From positions 13,333-77,332 of the forward strand of contig JAXGIS010000005.1 of NCBI GenBank assembly GCA_040770645.1: DNA of 64,000 nucleotides, written 5' to 3'. The translations under genes and the position numbers were made by a program. Under the pieces are notes generated by a model. It was not told the DNA's origin and did no database searches. It saw only the letters and a list, made by a program, of their open reading frames with translations. This document shows, piece by piece, positions 32,501 to 42,596 of the stretch. The stretch comes from Thermoleophilia bacterium (lineage in GTDB: Bacteria > Actinomycetota > Thermoleophilia > RBG-16-64-13). Position 1 is the first letter of the stretch, and each line of letters begins with the position of its first letter.

Positions 32501-33330
32501 GGCGGACGCCCCAGAGCCCTTCTGCTGTCAAAGCGAGGCGGGATCCGCTTCTGCCGCCTTTGAGCGACCTCACCGAGAAAGAATTGCTGCGGCGGATCCA
32601 CGTCGAGGGCGATCAAGATGCGCGCGAGGAGTTGATCACTCGGTGCCTGCCGCTGGTTAGAGGCCTCGCCCGTCGTTTCGCATCGCGGGGGCAACCGGTG
32701 GAGGACTTGGTGCAGGTTGGGTCCATCGGGCTGATCAAAGCCATCGATCGGTTTGATGCCACACGCGGCGTGGAGCTGTCTACCTACGCCACACCCACCA
32801 TTATGGGGGAGATCAAGCGTTATTTCCGTGACAAAGGCTGGGCGGTGAAAGTGCCTCGGGCTTTGCAGGATCTCAACGTGAGATTGAACAAGGTGATCGA
32901 GCAACTGACCGCGGAATTGAACCGCTCCCCAACCATCGCCGACATGGCCATAGCTTGCGGGGTGAGTGAGGAAGAAGTGCTGGAGGCACTCGAGAACGGA
33001 AGGGCCTATAATTCCCTGTCGCTCTACGGCAGCGGCTCAGGAGAAGAGGATGATTCGTTCGAGATCCTGGACTGCTTGGGCGACGAGGAAGGGGCCTATG
33101 AGGTGGTTGAGCAGCGCCGTTTTCTAGCGCCGGCCATGGAACGGCTGGAGGAACGCGAGCGGCTGATACTGCACCTGCGCTTTTTTGAGGGCATGACGCA
33201 GACGCAGATTGCGGCGCGAGTCGGCATCTCGCAGATGCACGTTTCGCGCCTGATTCGCAAGGCCATCGATGTCTTGCGGCAGGAGATGGTGCCGGGTGCC
33301 GGCCGCTCCTCCGGTGGGGCCGCCGCGTAG
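32497..33330 (+). CDS. SigB/SigF-family alternative sigma factor.
   Basis: Region 2 LVQVGSIGLIKAIDRFDATRGVELSTYATPTIMGEIKRYFRD. Region 4 MTQTQIAARVGISQMHVSRLIRKA. Confidence 0.8.
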   Translation: MRRTPQSPSAVKARRDPLLPPLSDLTEKELLRRIHVEGDQDAREELITRCLPLVRGLARRFASRGQPVEDLVQVGSIGLIKAIDRFDATRGVELSTYATPTIMGEIKRYFRDKGWAVKVPRALQDLNVRLNKVIEQLTAELNRSPTIADMAIACGVSEEEVLEALENGRAYNSLSLYGSGSGEEDDSFEILDCLGDEEGAYEVVEQRRFLAPAMERLEERERLILHLRFFEGMTQTQIAARVGISQMHVSRLIRKAIDVLRQEMVPGAGRSSGGAAA

Positions 33331-33402
33331 CCGGCGGTGCCTGCCGTAGCACTCCCCTTCCCAAGTAACTGCAGATCGGTTGTCGGTGAGAGGACACATG
33401 CA

Positions 33403-36097
33403 TTGAAGACATCTGAACTTCGCAAGCTCTTCCTGGACTATTTCGCTTCCCAGGGCCATACGATCATCCCCAGCTCTTCGCTGGTTCCCGTCCGCGATCC
33501 TTCGGTTCTCCTCACCACTGCGGGCATGCAACAACTCAAACCGTTCTTCCTGGGAGTGGCGGAGCCACCCTCACGTAGATTGACCAGTGTCCAGAAGTGC
33601 TTTCGCACCACCGACATCGATCATGTGGGCCACACCAGTCGCCACTGCACTTTCTTTGAAATGCTGGGGAATTTCTCCGTGGGTGATTACTTCAAAGAAG
33701 GCGCCGTCCGTTTTGCGCTGGAGTTCTCCACACTCCACTTGGGGTTCCAGAAAGACAGACTATGGATCTCGTATTTCATGGGAGATGACCAGGTTCCCGC
33801 CGACGAAGAAGCCATGGTTGCGTGGGAGGCCGTCGGTATCCCGCGCGAGCGCATGATCGGCCTGCCGCGCAGCGACAACTTCTGGGGCCCTACCGGCGCG
33901 TCCGGCCCTTGCGGTCCCTGTTCGGAGCTCTACTACGATCAGGGAGAAGCGCATGGCTGCGGCCGGCCGGAGTGCCGGCCCGGCTGTGAGTGCGATCGGT
34001 TCCTCGAATACTGGAATCTGGTCTTCATGCAGTACAACCGCACCCAGCCCGACCCGGAGCACAGCGGCCAGTGGGACGAGCCGCTGCCCGCCACCGGCGT
34101 GGATACAGGCGCGGGGCTGGAGCGCGTCGTCAGCGCGGTGCAGGGCGCTGGCACGAACTATGAGACTGACCTGTTCATGCCGATCATCGCCCGCGTGCAG
34201 GAATTGACCGGCCACTCCGACGCCGAGCGCGACGCCAACATCATCCCCTACCGCGTCATTGCCGACCACATGCGCGCCGCGACTTTCCTCATCTCCGACG
34301 GTGTGCGCCCCGGCGCGACCGGGCGCGATTACGTCTGCCGCATGGTCATCCGCCGCGCAGTGCGCTTCGGCAGCAAGCTCGACTTCAGCGGCCCCTTCCG
34401 GGCCGAGGTCGCGGACGCCGTGAGTGACACCATGCGCAGCGCCTACCCGGAGCTGGACGAGGCCCGCGAGCCCATCCGCCGCACCATCACCAGCGAAGAG
34501 GTGCGCTTCCGCCGGGCGATGGATCGCGCCCTGGATGAGCTGGACGCCATGCTCGCCGAACTTGCTGAGAGCGCCAAGCAGACGCTCAACGACCTGCTCG
34601 CGCCGATGTTCGGCGGCGGCAGGCCCGCCCCCGCTGCCGAGCCGGGCGACGGCGACTTCGCCGCGCAGATCGCCCAGATTGACCGGATGCTCGCTGCCTC
34701 CGGCGCGCAGACCGTGCTGGGCGGCCTGGTTGACCGGCTGGGCCAGGACGTGAAGCTGAGCGACATCATTGATGCGCTCGCCCCCGGCAGCGACCTGCGC
34801 GACACGCTGACTCTGGCCGGGCAGCTTCCCGGCGACCAGGCCTTCCGCCTGCACGCCGAGAAGGGCCTGCCGCTGGAGATCACCCGCGACATCGCCCGCG
34901 AGCGCGGCTTCACGGTGGACGAGGTCGGCTTCCGCGCGGCGCAGAAGGCGCACGAGGCGATCAGTCGCGGCACAGAGGGCGGCGCGTTCGGCGCGATTGA
35001 CATGGGCACCGGACGCGCCGGGTGCTGGATGTTCAACAGCACGGAGAGGTGCAGGCTCCTGGTACGTGTGCTCGAAGGGACTATCGAAGAGGGAACGCGT
35101 ATCAAGGCGGCCATATCCACCACGCACCGCCATTCGGTTGCAGCCAACCACACCGGCACATCTCCTTCAGTACGGCCTCCAGAGTGTTCTCGGCAAGGAT
35201 GTGCACCAGGCCGGTTCATCGGTGCGGGCCGACAAGTTCCGTTTTGACTTTGCCTACATGGAGCCCGTGGGGGCGGAACGGCTGGCAGTGGTGGAAGAGA
35301 TTGTGAACCGTAAGATAGTGGAGGACCACCCGGTACGGACTTTCACCACCACCATCGATCACGCACGCGAGCTGGGCGCCACAGCCCTCTTTGATGAGAA
35401 GTACGGGGATTTCGTGCGCGTGGTCGAGATCGACGAGTTCAGCCGGGAGCTCTGTGGTGGCACTCACGTGGGCCGCACCAGCGAGATAGGGCTGTTCAAG
35501 ATCTTGTCTGAAACCAGTGTGGGAGCCAACGTGCGTCGCATAGAGGCCGTCACAGGGCGGCAGGCCGTTGAGTATTACCGCAAGCGGGACGGATTGCTGA
35601 GGGAAGCCGCCCAAGTGCTGCAGGTGAGCCAAGAGGACCAATTGCTGACGGGCATTCGCAGGCTGCAGAACCAGGTGACCGCGCTGAGCGATGAGATACG
35701 AGAGCTTCGCTCGGGCAAAACCGGCGACTTGGTCAAGGAGTTGATGAGGGAGGCGGAACGCACCAACGGGGTGGCAGTGGTGGCCGCCTCCACCTCGGTT
35801 CGTGATATGGATCAGCTCATGGGCCTCGTTGATCAAGTACGTGACGGCCTTGCTCCGGCAGTGGTGGCGCTCGGCGCCGAAGTCCAGGGCAAGGCCCTGA
35901 TTGTGGTGTCGGCCAGTCGGCAGATAGGGGAACGAGTTCACGCCGGCAACTTGGTGAAGGCTGCGGCAGCGGTCATGGGCGCCCGAGGTGGCGGCAGCCC
36001 CACGCTGGGGAGGGCCGGTGGGGGAGACCCGGCTGCGCTGAATGGGGCGCTGGAACACGTGCGTACGGCGGCCCAGGCTGCTCTGGCGGGTGCCTGA
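33403..36097 (+). CDS. alaS: Alanine--tRNA ligase. The frame is disrupted around 35000-35160, and the middle region is shorter than expected.
   Basis: TTG start after a GAGAGGA RBS gives MKTSELRKLFLDYFASQGH. Catalytic core, then ...NHT(G)THLLQYGLQSVLG...FDFAYMEP...CGGTHV. The C-terminal DHHA1 domain is present. Confidence 0.85.
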
Positions 36098-36112
36098 GGC
36101 GAGGCCGGTGAC

Positions 36113-36502
36113 TTGGGGCGAGTCTTGGGAGTGGATGTCGGTTCCAAGAGAACCGGATTCGCGGTGTCCGACCAACTCGGCATTACGTGTCGACCGCTCA
36201 AAGTCGTGCGCGTCAATACGGTGGACGACACGGTGAGCGCCATCATCTCCACGGTTGAAGAGCAACAGGCCGAGACCATCGTGGTGGGAATCCCGCGACC
36301 TCTGAGGGGCGGGCACAGTGATCAGACCGACCACACGCTGGCCGTGGTTCGGTCGCTGTCTGAACGCTCACACGTGCCCGTCGTTTCGTGGGATGAACGT
36401 TTCACCACTAAGCTGGCCCGTGAAGTCACGAGCAGCGAGAAAGAGTTGGATGCCGTGGCGGCGGCCTTCATTTTGCAAAACTATCTGGATGCACAGAAAT
36501 GA
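36113..36502 (+). CDS. ruvX: Holliday-junction-resolvase-like protein RuvX/YqgF.
   Basis: TTG start. LGVDVGSKRTGFAVSD. Confidence 0.85.
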   Translation: MGRVLGVDVGSKRTGFAVSDQLGITCRPLKVVRVNTVDDTVSAIISTVEEQQAETIVVGIPRPLRGGHSDQTDHTLAVVRSLSERSHVPVVSWDERFTTKLAREVTSSEKELDAVAAAFILQNYLDAQK

Positions 36503-36509
36503 GGACTGC

Positions 36510-37547
36510 ATGAGACGCCGCCAACGCATCCTGGTGTTAGTGGGATTCGTGGTGGTGGCAGCGGCCGCTGTTGTGGTGGGTTTGACGCTCATGTCGGCCG
36601 GCGGTCGCTCAGGTGCCACAACTACCGTGGACCTTGGGCCGGTGGAAGTGGTGGTGCGGGCCGGAGCATCCGCCGACAAGATCGCAGCGCAGCTTCAGGA
36701 GGCAGGGGTTATTACCTCTGCCAAGGCCTTCTTGAGTGAAGTGCGGAGCCGTGGCGTGGAAACCGCTCTCAAACCCGGCACGTATGAGTTTGCACGTGGA
36801 GAGCCGTTTGAATCCATACTCAACAAGTTGACCAAGGGGCTCCAGTCGGGCGCGGGCAAAATCACCATACCTGAAGGCTTGTCCATAGATCAGGTGGCAG
36901 GTCGTCTCGACAAGTCGGGTTCCATCGACGGCACTGAGTACGACCAACTCGCCCGCTCACCCTCGCGGTTCACGGTGCCGCCCATCGGTGGCCATACGGT
37001 GTCGGTCAAGGATCTCGAGGGACTGCTCTTCCCCAGCACTTACTTCCTACCGGCGCAGCACAAGGCGGAGGGGCTCATAAAAGCCCAACTGGAGGCCTTC
37101 GCCCAACAGACCGCCGATCTTCCGTGGGCGAATGCCGCTGAACTCAACCTAACCCACTACGAGATCGTCATCATCGCCTCTATGATCGAAAAAGAGACGG
37201 CCATCCCCGAAGAGCGGCCGTTGGTGGCGGCGGTAATCTACAATCGGCTCAAGAAAGACATGCGGTTGGACATCGATGCCACCGTACGCTTCGCTCTCAA
37301 AAAATGGACGGGCGATCTCACCAAGACCGACCTTGCCGTCGACTCTCCGTACAACACGCGTAAGGTCAAGGGCATCCCGCCGGGGCCGATCTCCAGTCCC
37401 GGGCTGGCCGCCCTGCAGGCGGCTCTGAAGCCGACCCAAGTGGATTACTTGTACTACGTGCTCACGCCCAACAACGGCCGGCATTTCTTCACCGCCTCCT
37501 ACGAGGAGTTCCTAGAGGCCAGCAAGAACGTTCCTTCCCAGGATTAA
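36510..37547 (+). CDS. mltG: Endolytic murein transglycosylase MltG (YceG family).
   Basis: N-terminal TM segment. ASMIEKETAIPEERPLVAAVIYNRL...DSPYNTRKVKGIPPGPISSPG. Confidence 0.85.
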   Translation: MRRRQRILVLVGFVVVAAAAVVVGLTLMSAGGRSGATTTVDLGPVEVVVRAGASADKIAAQLQEAGVITSAKAFLSEVRSRGVETALKPGTYEFARGEPFESILNKLTKGLQSGAGKITIPEGLSIDQVAGRLDKSGSIDGTEYDQLARSPSRFTVPPIGGHTVSVKDLEGLLFPSTYFLPAQHKAEGLIKAQLEAFAQQTADLPWANAAELNLTHYEIVIIASMIEKETAIPEERPLVAAVIYNRLKKDMRLDIDATVRFALKKWTGDLTKTDLAVDSPYNTRKVKGIPPGPISSPGLAALQAALKPTQVDYLYYVLTPNNGRHFFTASYEEFLEASKNVPSQD

Positions 37548-37652
37548 CTCGTCCACCTCCCTGCAACCGAAGGCCTATGGGCGGTCGCAGCGCGAACTGC
37601 TAGGCTCGTGAGTAGGGAGGGAATCAGACGTCGGCTGCGGCCGGGGAGGGAG

Positions 37653-38495
37653 ATGGCGGCCATGGAAATCGATGCTGAGACCAAGCTGATCCTGTTGTTG
37701 GGGCATCCCGTACGGCATTCCGTCTCACCGTTGATGCACAACCGTGTGTTCGAAGAACTGGGCCTTCCGCTCGTGTACCTTGCTGCCGACGTGGAACCCG
37801 ATCTACTTGCGCCCGCCGTGGAGGGACTGCGCGCACTCGGGGTGATAGGGGCCAACGTCACGCTTCCGCATAAGGTGAGGGTGATGACATTGTTGGACGC
37901 TGTGGATGAGTACGCGGCCCGTATCGGGGCAGTCAACACCATCGTTAACAGTCACGGTCGCCTACTCGGATACAACACCGACGCCCAGGGTTTCATGTCG
38001 GCGTTGGAGGCTCAGTGGGGAGGAGATGTGGCGTCGGCATCCATCCTGCTGTTGGGGGCAGGTGGCGCGGCCCGTGCAGTGGCAGCGGTGCTGGCTCAAC
38101 GGCGAGTCAAAGAGTTGCGCATCTGGAATCGGACCCCGGCAAAGGCGCATTCGCTGTGTCGTGACGCTCTCGACTGGGGAGCCGTTAGGTGCGTTGTGGT
38201 GGATATCCATGAACCTAGTTGGTTGAAGGATGTGGACGTAGTGGTTCAGGCCACTTCCTCGGGCTTGACGGATGCGGTTAAGGAACCCCTGATACCTGTC
38301 GATATTCTTCGCGAAGACACCTTTGTAATGGACCTGCAGTATGGCGGCAGCCCACTGGTGGCCGCGGCCGTAGCGCGGGGATTGCGTTCTGAGGATGGGC
38401 TGGAGATGCTGGTGCGGCAGGCTTCGCTTTCGTTTCGACTGTGGACAGGTCTCTCTGCTCCCGAGCACGCCATGCGTGCGGCAGCGGCGGGCTGA
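37653..38495 (+). CDS. aroE: Shikimate dehydrogenase.
   Basis: LLLGHPVRHSVSPLMHN...GANVTLPHK...YNTDAQGF...LLLGAGGAARAV. Confidence 0.85.
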   Translation: MAAMEIDAETKLILLLGHPVRHSVSPLMHNRVFEELGLPLVYLAADVEPDLLAPAVEGLRALGVIGANVTLPHKVRVMTLLDAVDEYAARIGAVNTIVNSHGRLLGYNTDAQGFMSALEAQWGGDVASASILLLGAGGAARAVAAVLAQRRVKELRIWNRTPAKAHSLCRDALDWGAVRCVVVDIHEPSWLKDVDVVVQATSSGLTDAVKEPLIPVDILREDTFVMDLQYGGSPLVAAAVARGLRSEDGLEMLVRQASLSFRLWTGLSAPEHAMRAAAAG

Positions 38496-38510
38496 GTGAG
38501 CGATCGCCCT

Positions 38511-40241
38511 ATGATGCAACTGCCGCACGAAGACGTAGTCATTCGCAACAAACCCAGCAAGAAACGCACGGGCGAGATCCTGGTGGAGATGGGGCTCATC
38601 ACCCCTGAACAGCTCTCGGAGGCGCTGGAAGAGCAGAAATCCACGCATCGGCGACTAGGTGAGATCTTGGTGGCCCGGAATTTCATCAGTGGCCCGGAGC
38701 TCGCCGAGGCACTTGGTCGCCGCCTGGGGGTGCGCTACATCGATCTTCACGAGACGCGGATCGATCCTTCGGCCACCAATTTGATCACGGAGAAGGATGC
38801 GCGCCGGTACGCCGCACTGCCCGTGAGTTTCTTGGATGATCACACTGTGTTGGTGGCAATGGTTGATCCCGCCAACATTTTCGCTATCGACGACCTGCGT
38901 ATTCTCACCGGCTACGACATCGAGCCGGGGATTGCCACGGAAGAAGATGTCTTCGAGGCCATCGCCAAACTCAGCAAGCTCGAGGACAAAGTTGGTGGCA
39001 ACATCGAGGATCCTACGATCACCGACCAACGTGCCACTGCCGAGGAAGTGAGGGACATCCTCGAGCAGGTGGACGAAGCACCGGTTGTGAAGTTGGTCAA
39101 CGGCATCATCGCCCAAGCCGTGGAGGACAGCGCATCCGACATCCACTTCGAGCCGCAGGCCAAAGAGATGATCGTGCGGTTTCGGCACGATGGTGTGCTT
39201 CACGAGGTCATGTCCATCCCGCGGCGTATGCAGGCAGGCGTCCTCTCTCGGGTGAAGATCATGGCCGATCTCGATATTGCCGAGCGGCGCATCCCCCAAG
39301 ACGGCCGTATCGGTCTCATGGTGGGCGGTAAACCCATTGATATGCGCGTGGCGTCGTTGCCCACAGTGTACGGCGAGAAGATCGTTATACGCCTGCTGGA
39401 TCGTTCCAACGTCATGATCGAGTTGAAGGATCTCGGCTTCTCACCCAAAGCGCTGGCGAGGTACCAGAAATCGTTCAGCAAACCTTACGGCGCCATCCTG
39501 GTAACCGGTCCCACCGGGTCCGGCAAGTCGACCACCCTCTACGCCACTCTGAACATCCTCAACTCCACCGAGAAGAACATCATCACGGTGGAAGATCCCG
39601 TCGAATACCGGCTCAACGGCATCAATCAGGTGCAGGCCAACGTGAAGACAGGGCTTACGTTCGCGGCAGGCCTCCGCTCTATCCTGCGGTGCGACCCCGA
39701 CATCGTCATGATCGGAGAAATCCGAGATCGTGAGACGGCTCAGATCGCCATTGAGTCGGCTCTCACCGGCCACTTGGTGCTGTCAACGCTGCACACCAAC
39801 GATGCCCCGGGCGCGCTGTCACGCCTCACCGAGATGGGTATCGAGCCGTTCCTCACCGCTTCGGCCGTAGATTGCGTTCTGGCTCAACGCTTGACCAGAC
39901 GCCTCTGTGAGCATTGCAAGGAGCCTTACAAGCCAACGCAAGAGATGTTGCGCCGCAACGACTTCCCACCGGAGGCGGTGGAGAACTGGGAGTCCGTCAC
40001 GCTGTACCGCGCCGTGGGATGCCGGCGCTGCAACAACACCGGATATCGGGGGCGCATGGGCATCTACGAGGTCATGCTGGTGACGGAGGCCATCGAGCGA
40101 CTAACGGTTGAGCGCAAGAGTGCCGATGAAATAGGGAGAGTGGCGCAGGCGGAAGGCATGAAGACTCTGCGCGACGACGGCATCGACAAGGTGCTTGTGG
40201 GTCTGACGAGCATCGAGGAGATCGCTCGGGTTATCGTCTGA
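38511..40241 (+). CDS. pilB: Type IV pilus assembly ATPase PilB (GspE family).
   Basis: N-terminal T2SSE_N region GEILVEMGLITPEQLSEALEEQ. Walker A VTGPTGSGKSTTL. Tetracysteine CEHCKEP...CRRCNNTGY. The ORF opens at the GTG at 38496. Confidence 0.9.
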   Translation: MMQLPHEDVVIRNKPSKKRTGEILVEMGLITPEQLSEALEEQKSTHRRLGEILVARNFISGPELAEALGRRLGVRYIDLHETRIDPSATNLITEKDARRYAALPVSFLDDHTVLVAMVDPANIFAIDDLRILTGYDIEPGIATEEDVFEAIAKLSKLEDKVGGNIEDPTITDQRATAEEVRDILEQVDEAPVVKLVNGIIAQAVEDSASDIHFEPQAKEMIVRFRHDGVLHEVMSIPRRMQAGVLSRVKIMADLDIAERRIPQDGRIGLMVGGKPIDMRVASLPTVYGEKIVIRLLDRSNVMIELKDLGFSPKALARYQKSFSKPYGAILVTGPTGSGKSTTLYATLNILNSTEKNIITVEDPVEYRLNGINQVQANVKTGLTFAAGLRSILRCDPDIVMIGEIRDRETAQIAIESALTGHLVLSTLHTNDAPGALSRLTEMGIEPFLTASAVDCVLAQRLTRRLCEHCKEPYKPTQEMLRRNDFPPEAVENWESVTLYRAVGCRRCNNTGYRGRMGIYEVMLVTEAIERLTVERKSADEIGRVAQAEGMKTLRDDGIDKVLVGLTSIEEIARVIV

Positions 40242-40263
40242 GCGTTCGGTACGGAGGCAACTC

Positions 40264-41343
40264 GTGGATCTAGTGGACATCCTGGTGCAGGTTCTGGAAA
40301 TGGGGGCTTCGGACCTTCATCTCACTGTTGGTCGTCCCCCGGTGGCGAGAGTGCACGGCAGGCTCGTGGAGCTCGAGTATCCACCGCTGAAGGGGGTGGA
40401 GACCAGAGACCTCATCTACAGCGTTCTGACCCAAGATCAGCGTCAGCGTCTGGAGACCGACTGGGAGATCGATTTCTCTTACTCCGTTCCTGCGCGGGCC
40501 CGCTTCCGTGTCAACGCTTACTTTCAGAGGAACAGCCTCGGAGCCGCGTTTCGGCTGGTGCCCTTGAACGTGATGACCATCGATCAGCTCAACCTCCCTC
40601 GGGTTGTTCACACTTTCTGCCAGAAACCGCGGGGTTTCGTTCTTGTCACCGGCCCGACCGGATCGGGAAAGTCCACCACACTCGCGGCCATCATAGACGA
40701 AGTGAACGAGACGAGGTCGGAGCACATCATGACGGTGGAGGATCCCATAGAGTTCCTCCATCAACATAAGAACTGCGTGGTGAATCAACGGGAAGTCGGG
40801 ACCGACACCAAATCTTTCAATCGAGCCCTGAAGTCCGTTCTGCGCCAGGACCCCGACGTGATTCTGGTGGGTGAGATCCGTGACGTGGAGACGGCGCGCA
40901 TCGCGATCCAGGCGGCCCTCACCGGTCACTTCGTGCTGTCGACCATCCACGCCACCGATGCCACCAGCGCCCTGCACCGCTTCTTGGACATGGGCATCGA
41001 GTCGTTCCTCCTGGCGTCGTCAGCAGGAACAGATTCGCGTGCAGATTGCCGCCTCCATCCAGGGCATCATGACTCAGCAACTTCTACCGCGGGCCGGCGG
41101 GGAGGGGCGGGTGGTGGCGTGCGAGGTTTGATCCCCACGCCGGCGGTGAGGAACCTGATCCGTGAGGGCAAGACCCACCAGATCTACACTATTATGCAGA
41201 CAGGCGCAAAGTATGGCATGCAAACTATGGACTGGGCGCTGGCCGATTTGGTGCGGCGACGGTTGATCACGCGTGAACTTGCCGAAGCGCGCTCGTCCAA
41301 TCCCGAGGATTTGAACCGTCTCATCACCAGTGGGGCAGCGTGA
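40264..41343 (+). CDS. pilT: Twitching-motility retraction ATPase PilT. The frame is broken near 41017 and near 41125.
   Basis: ASDLHLTVGRPP...VTGPTGSGKSTTLAAII...GEIRD. The interrupted stretch QQEQIRVQIAASIQGIMTQQLLPRAGGEGRVVACEV is in another frame, then LIPTPAVRNLIREGK returns to the first. Both shifts fit 1-nt homopolymer deletions. Confidence 0.85.
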   Translation: MDLVDILVQVLEMGASDLHLTVGRPPVARVHGRLVELEYPPLKGVETRDLIYSVLTQDQRQRLETDWEIDFSYSVPARARFRVNAYFQRNSLGAAFRLVPLNVMTIDQLNLPRVVHTFCQKPRGFVLVTGPTGSGKSTTLAAIIDEVNETRSEHIMTVEDPIEFLHQHKNCVVNQREVGTDTKSFNRALKSVLRQDPDVILVGEIRDVETARIAIQAALTGHFVLSTIHATDATSALHRFLDMGIESFLLASSAGTDSRADCRLHPGHHDSATSTAGRRGGAGGGVRGLIPTPAVRNLIREGKTHQIYTIMQTGAKYGMQTMDWALADLVRRRLITRELAEARSSNPEDLNRLITSGAA

Positions 41344-41368
41344 TGCAAGTAGTGGGGAGAAGAGGGGT

Positions 41369-42589
41369 ATGAGCACGTACGTCTACACCGCAAGGCCTCA
41401 GCGTGGTGCTCCGGTCAAGGGTGAGATCACGGGGGCGTCCAAAATGGCCGTCGCTGCTGAACTGCGCCGGAGTGGCCTGACGGTCCTGTCGCTCGATGAG
41501 AAAAAGACGGGGTTCTTGGCGACACTGGACCAACAATTGCAGGAAATGGGCCGTATCAAGTTGCGCGACAAGGTGGTGTTCACGCGGCAGTTTGCCACTA
41601 TGATCGCAGCCGGATTGGCCATTCTTCGTGCTCTGCATGTGTTGGAGATGCAGACGTCAAATCAGCGATTCAAGCGCGTGATCAGTCAAGTGCGGGGTGA
41701 TGTGGAGGCGGGCATGCCGATCTCTGACGCCATGGAGAAGCACCCAGTGGCGTTCGATCGGCTCTATGTATCGATGGCACGCGCCGGGGAGATGGGTGGG
41801 GTGCTCGACACGGCGCTCGACCGTCTGGCTACGCAACTCGAAAAGCAAGACAGCCTGCGTCGCTCTGTCAAGTCGGCCATGACCTATCCCATCCTTATCG
41901 GCGTCTTCGCGGTGCTCGTGCTTTTCGGCATGATCCTTTTCGTGATCCCGATATTCAGCGGCATGTACGCCGACCTGGGCGGAACCTTGCCGCTACTCAC
42001 CCGCATCATGGTCGGTATAAGCAACGCGTTGCGCAAGTGGTGGTATGTGATAATCCCGGCTCTGGTTGGGCTCGTGATTGCGCTGCGCGCCCTGAAACGC
42101 AGTCCGCAGGGCACGCGGGGCTGGGATCGTTTCAAACTTATGATCCCCATGCGTATCGGCGACATCGTGAAGAAGATCGCGGTGGCCCGCTTCAGCCGCA
42201 CTCTGGCCACGTTGTTCAGTTCCGGCGTTCCCATACTCCAAGCCCTCGACATCACGGGCAAGACCGCCGGCAATACCGTTATTGAAGAGGCGATGGAGCG
42301 GACGAAGACCGAGATTCGGGGTGGCGAATCCATTGCCAAACCGCTGGAGCAGGCGGCAGTGTTCCCGCCGATGGTGACGCAGATGATCGCGATCGGTGAG
42401 GAGACAGGCGCCTTGGACACGATGCTGCACAAGATCGCGGACTTCTACGAGGATGAAGTAGATGCGGCCGTGAAGCAGCTCACTTCGATCCTGGAGCCGG
42501 TCATGATGATCTTCGTGGGCGGATTGGTGGGCCTCATCGTGATCTCGATGTATCTGCCCATGTTCAACATGTTCAACCTGATCAATTAG
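41369..42589 (+). CDS. pilC: Type IV pilus inner-membrane platform protein PilC (GspF family).
   Basis: Two T2SSF repeats (FTRQFATMIAAGLAILRAL... and FSRTLATLFSSGVPILQAL...) and three TM segments. Confidence 0.9.
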   Translation: MSTYVYTARPQRGAPVKGEITGASKMAVAAELRRSGLTVLSLDEKKTGFLATLDQQLQEMGRIKLRDKVVFTRQFATMIAAGLAILRALHVLEMQTSNQRFKRVISQVRGDVEAGMPISDAMEKHPVAFDRLYVSMARAGEMGGVLDTALDRLATQLEKQDSLRRSVKSAMTYPILIGVFAVLVLFGMILFVIPIFSGMYADLGGTLPLLTRIMVGISNALRKWWYVIIPALVGLVIALRALKRSPQGTRGWDRFKLMIPMRIGDIVKKIAVARFSRTLATLFSSGVPILQALDITGKTAGNTVIEEAMERTKTEIRGGESIAKPLEQAAVFPPMVTQMIAIGEETGALDTMLHKIADFYEDEVDAAVKQLTSILEPVMMIFVGGLVGLIVISMYLPMFNMFNLIN

Positions 42590-42596
42590 GTTCATC

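Noticed and set aside
33760-36334. Two long minus-strand ORFs of 463 and 372 aa.
   Set aside because: Both are antisense to alaS and are composed of Arg/Ala/Gly runs. Not coding.
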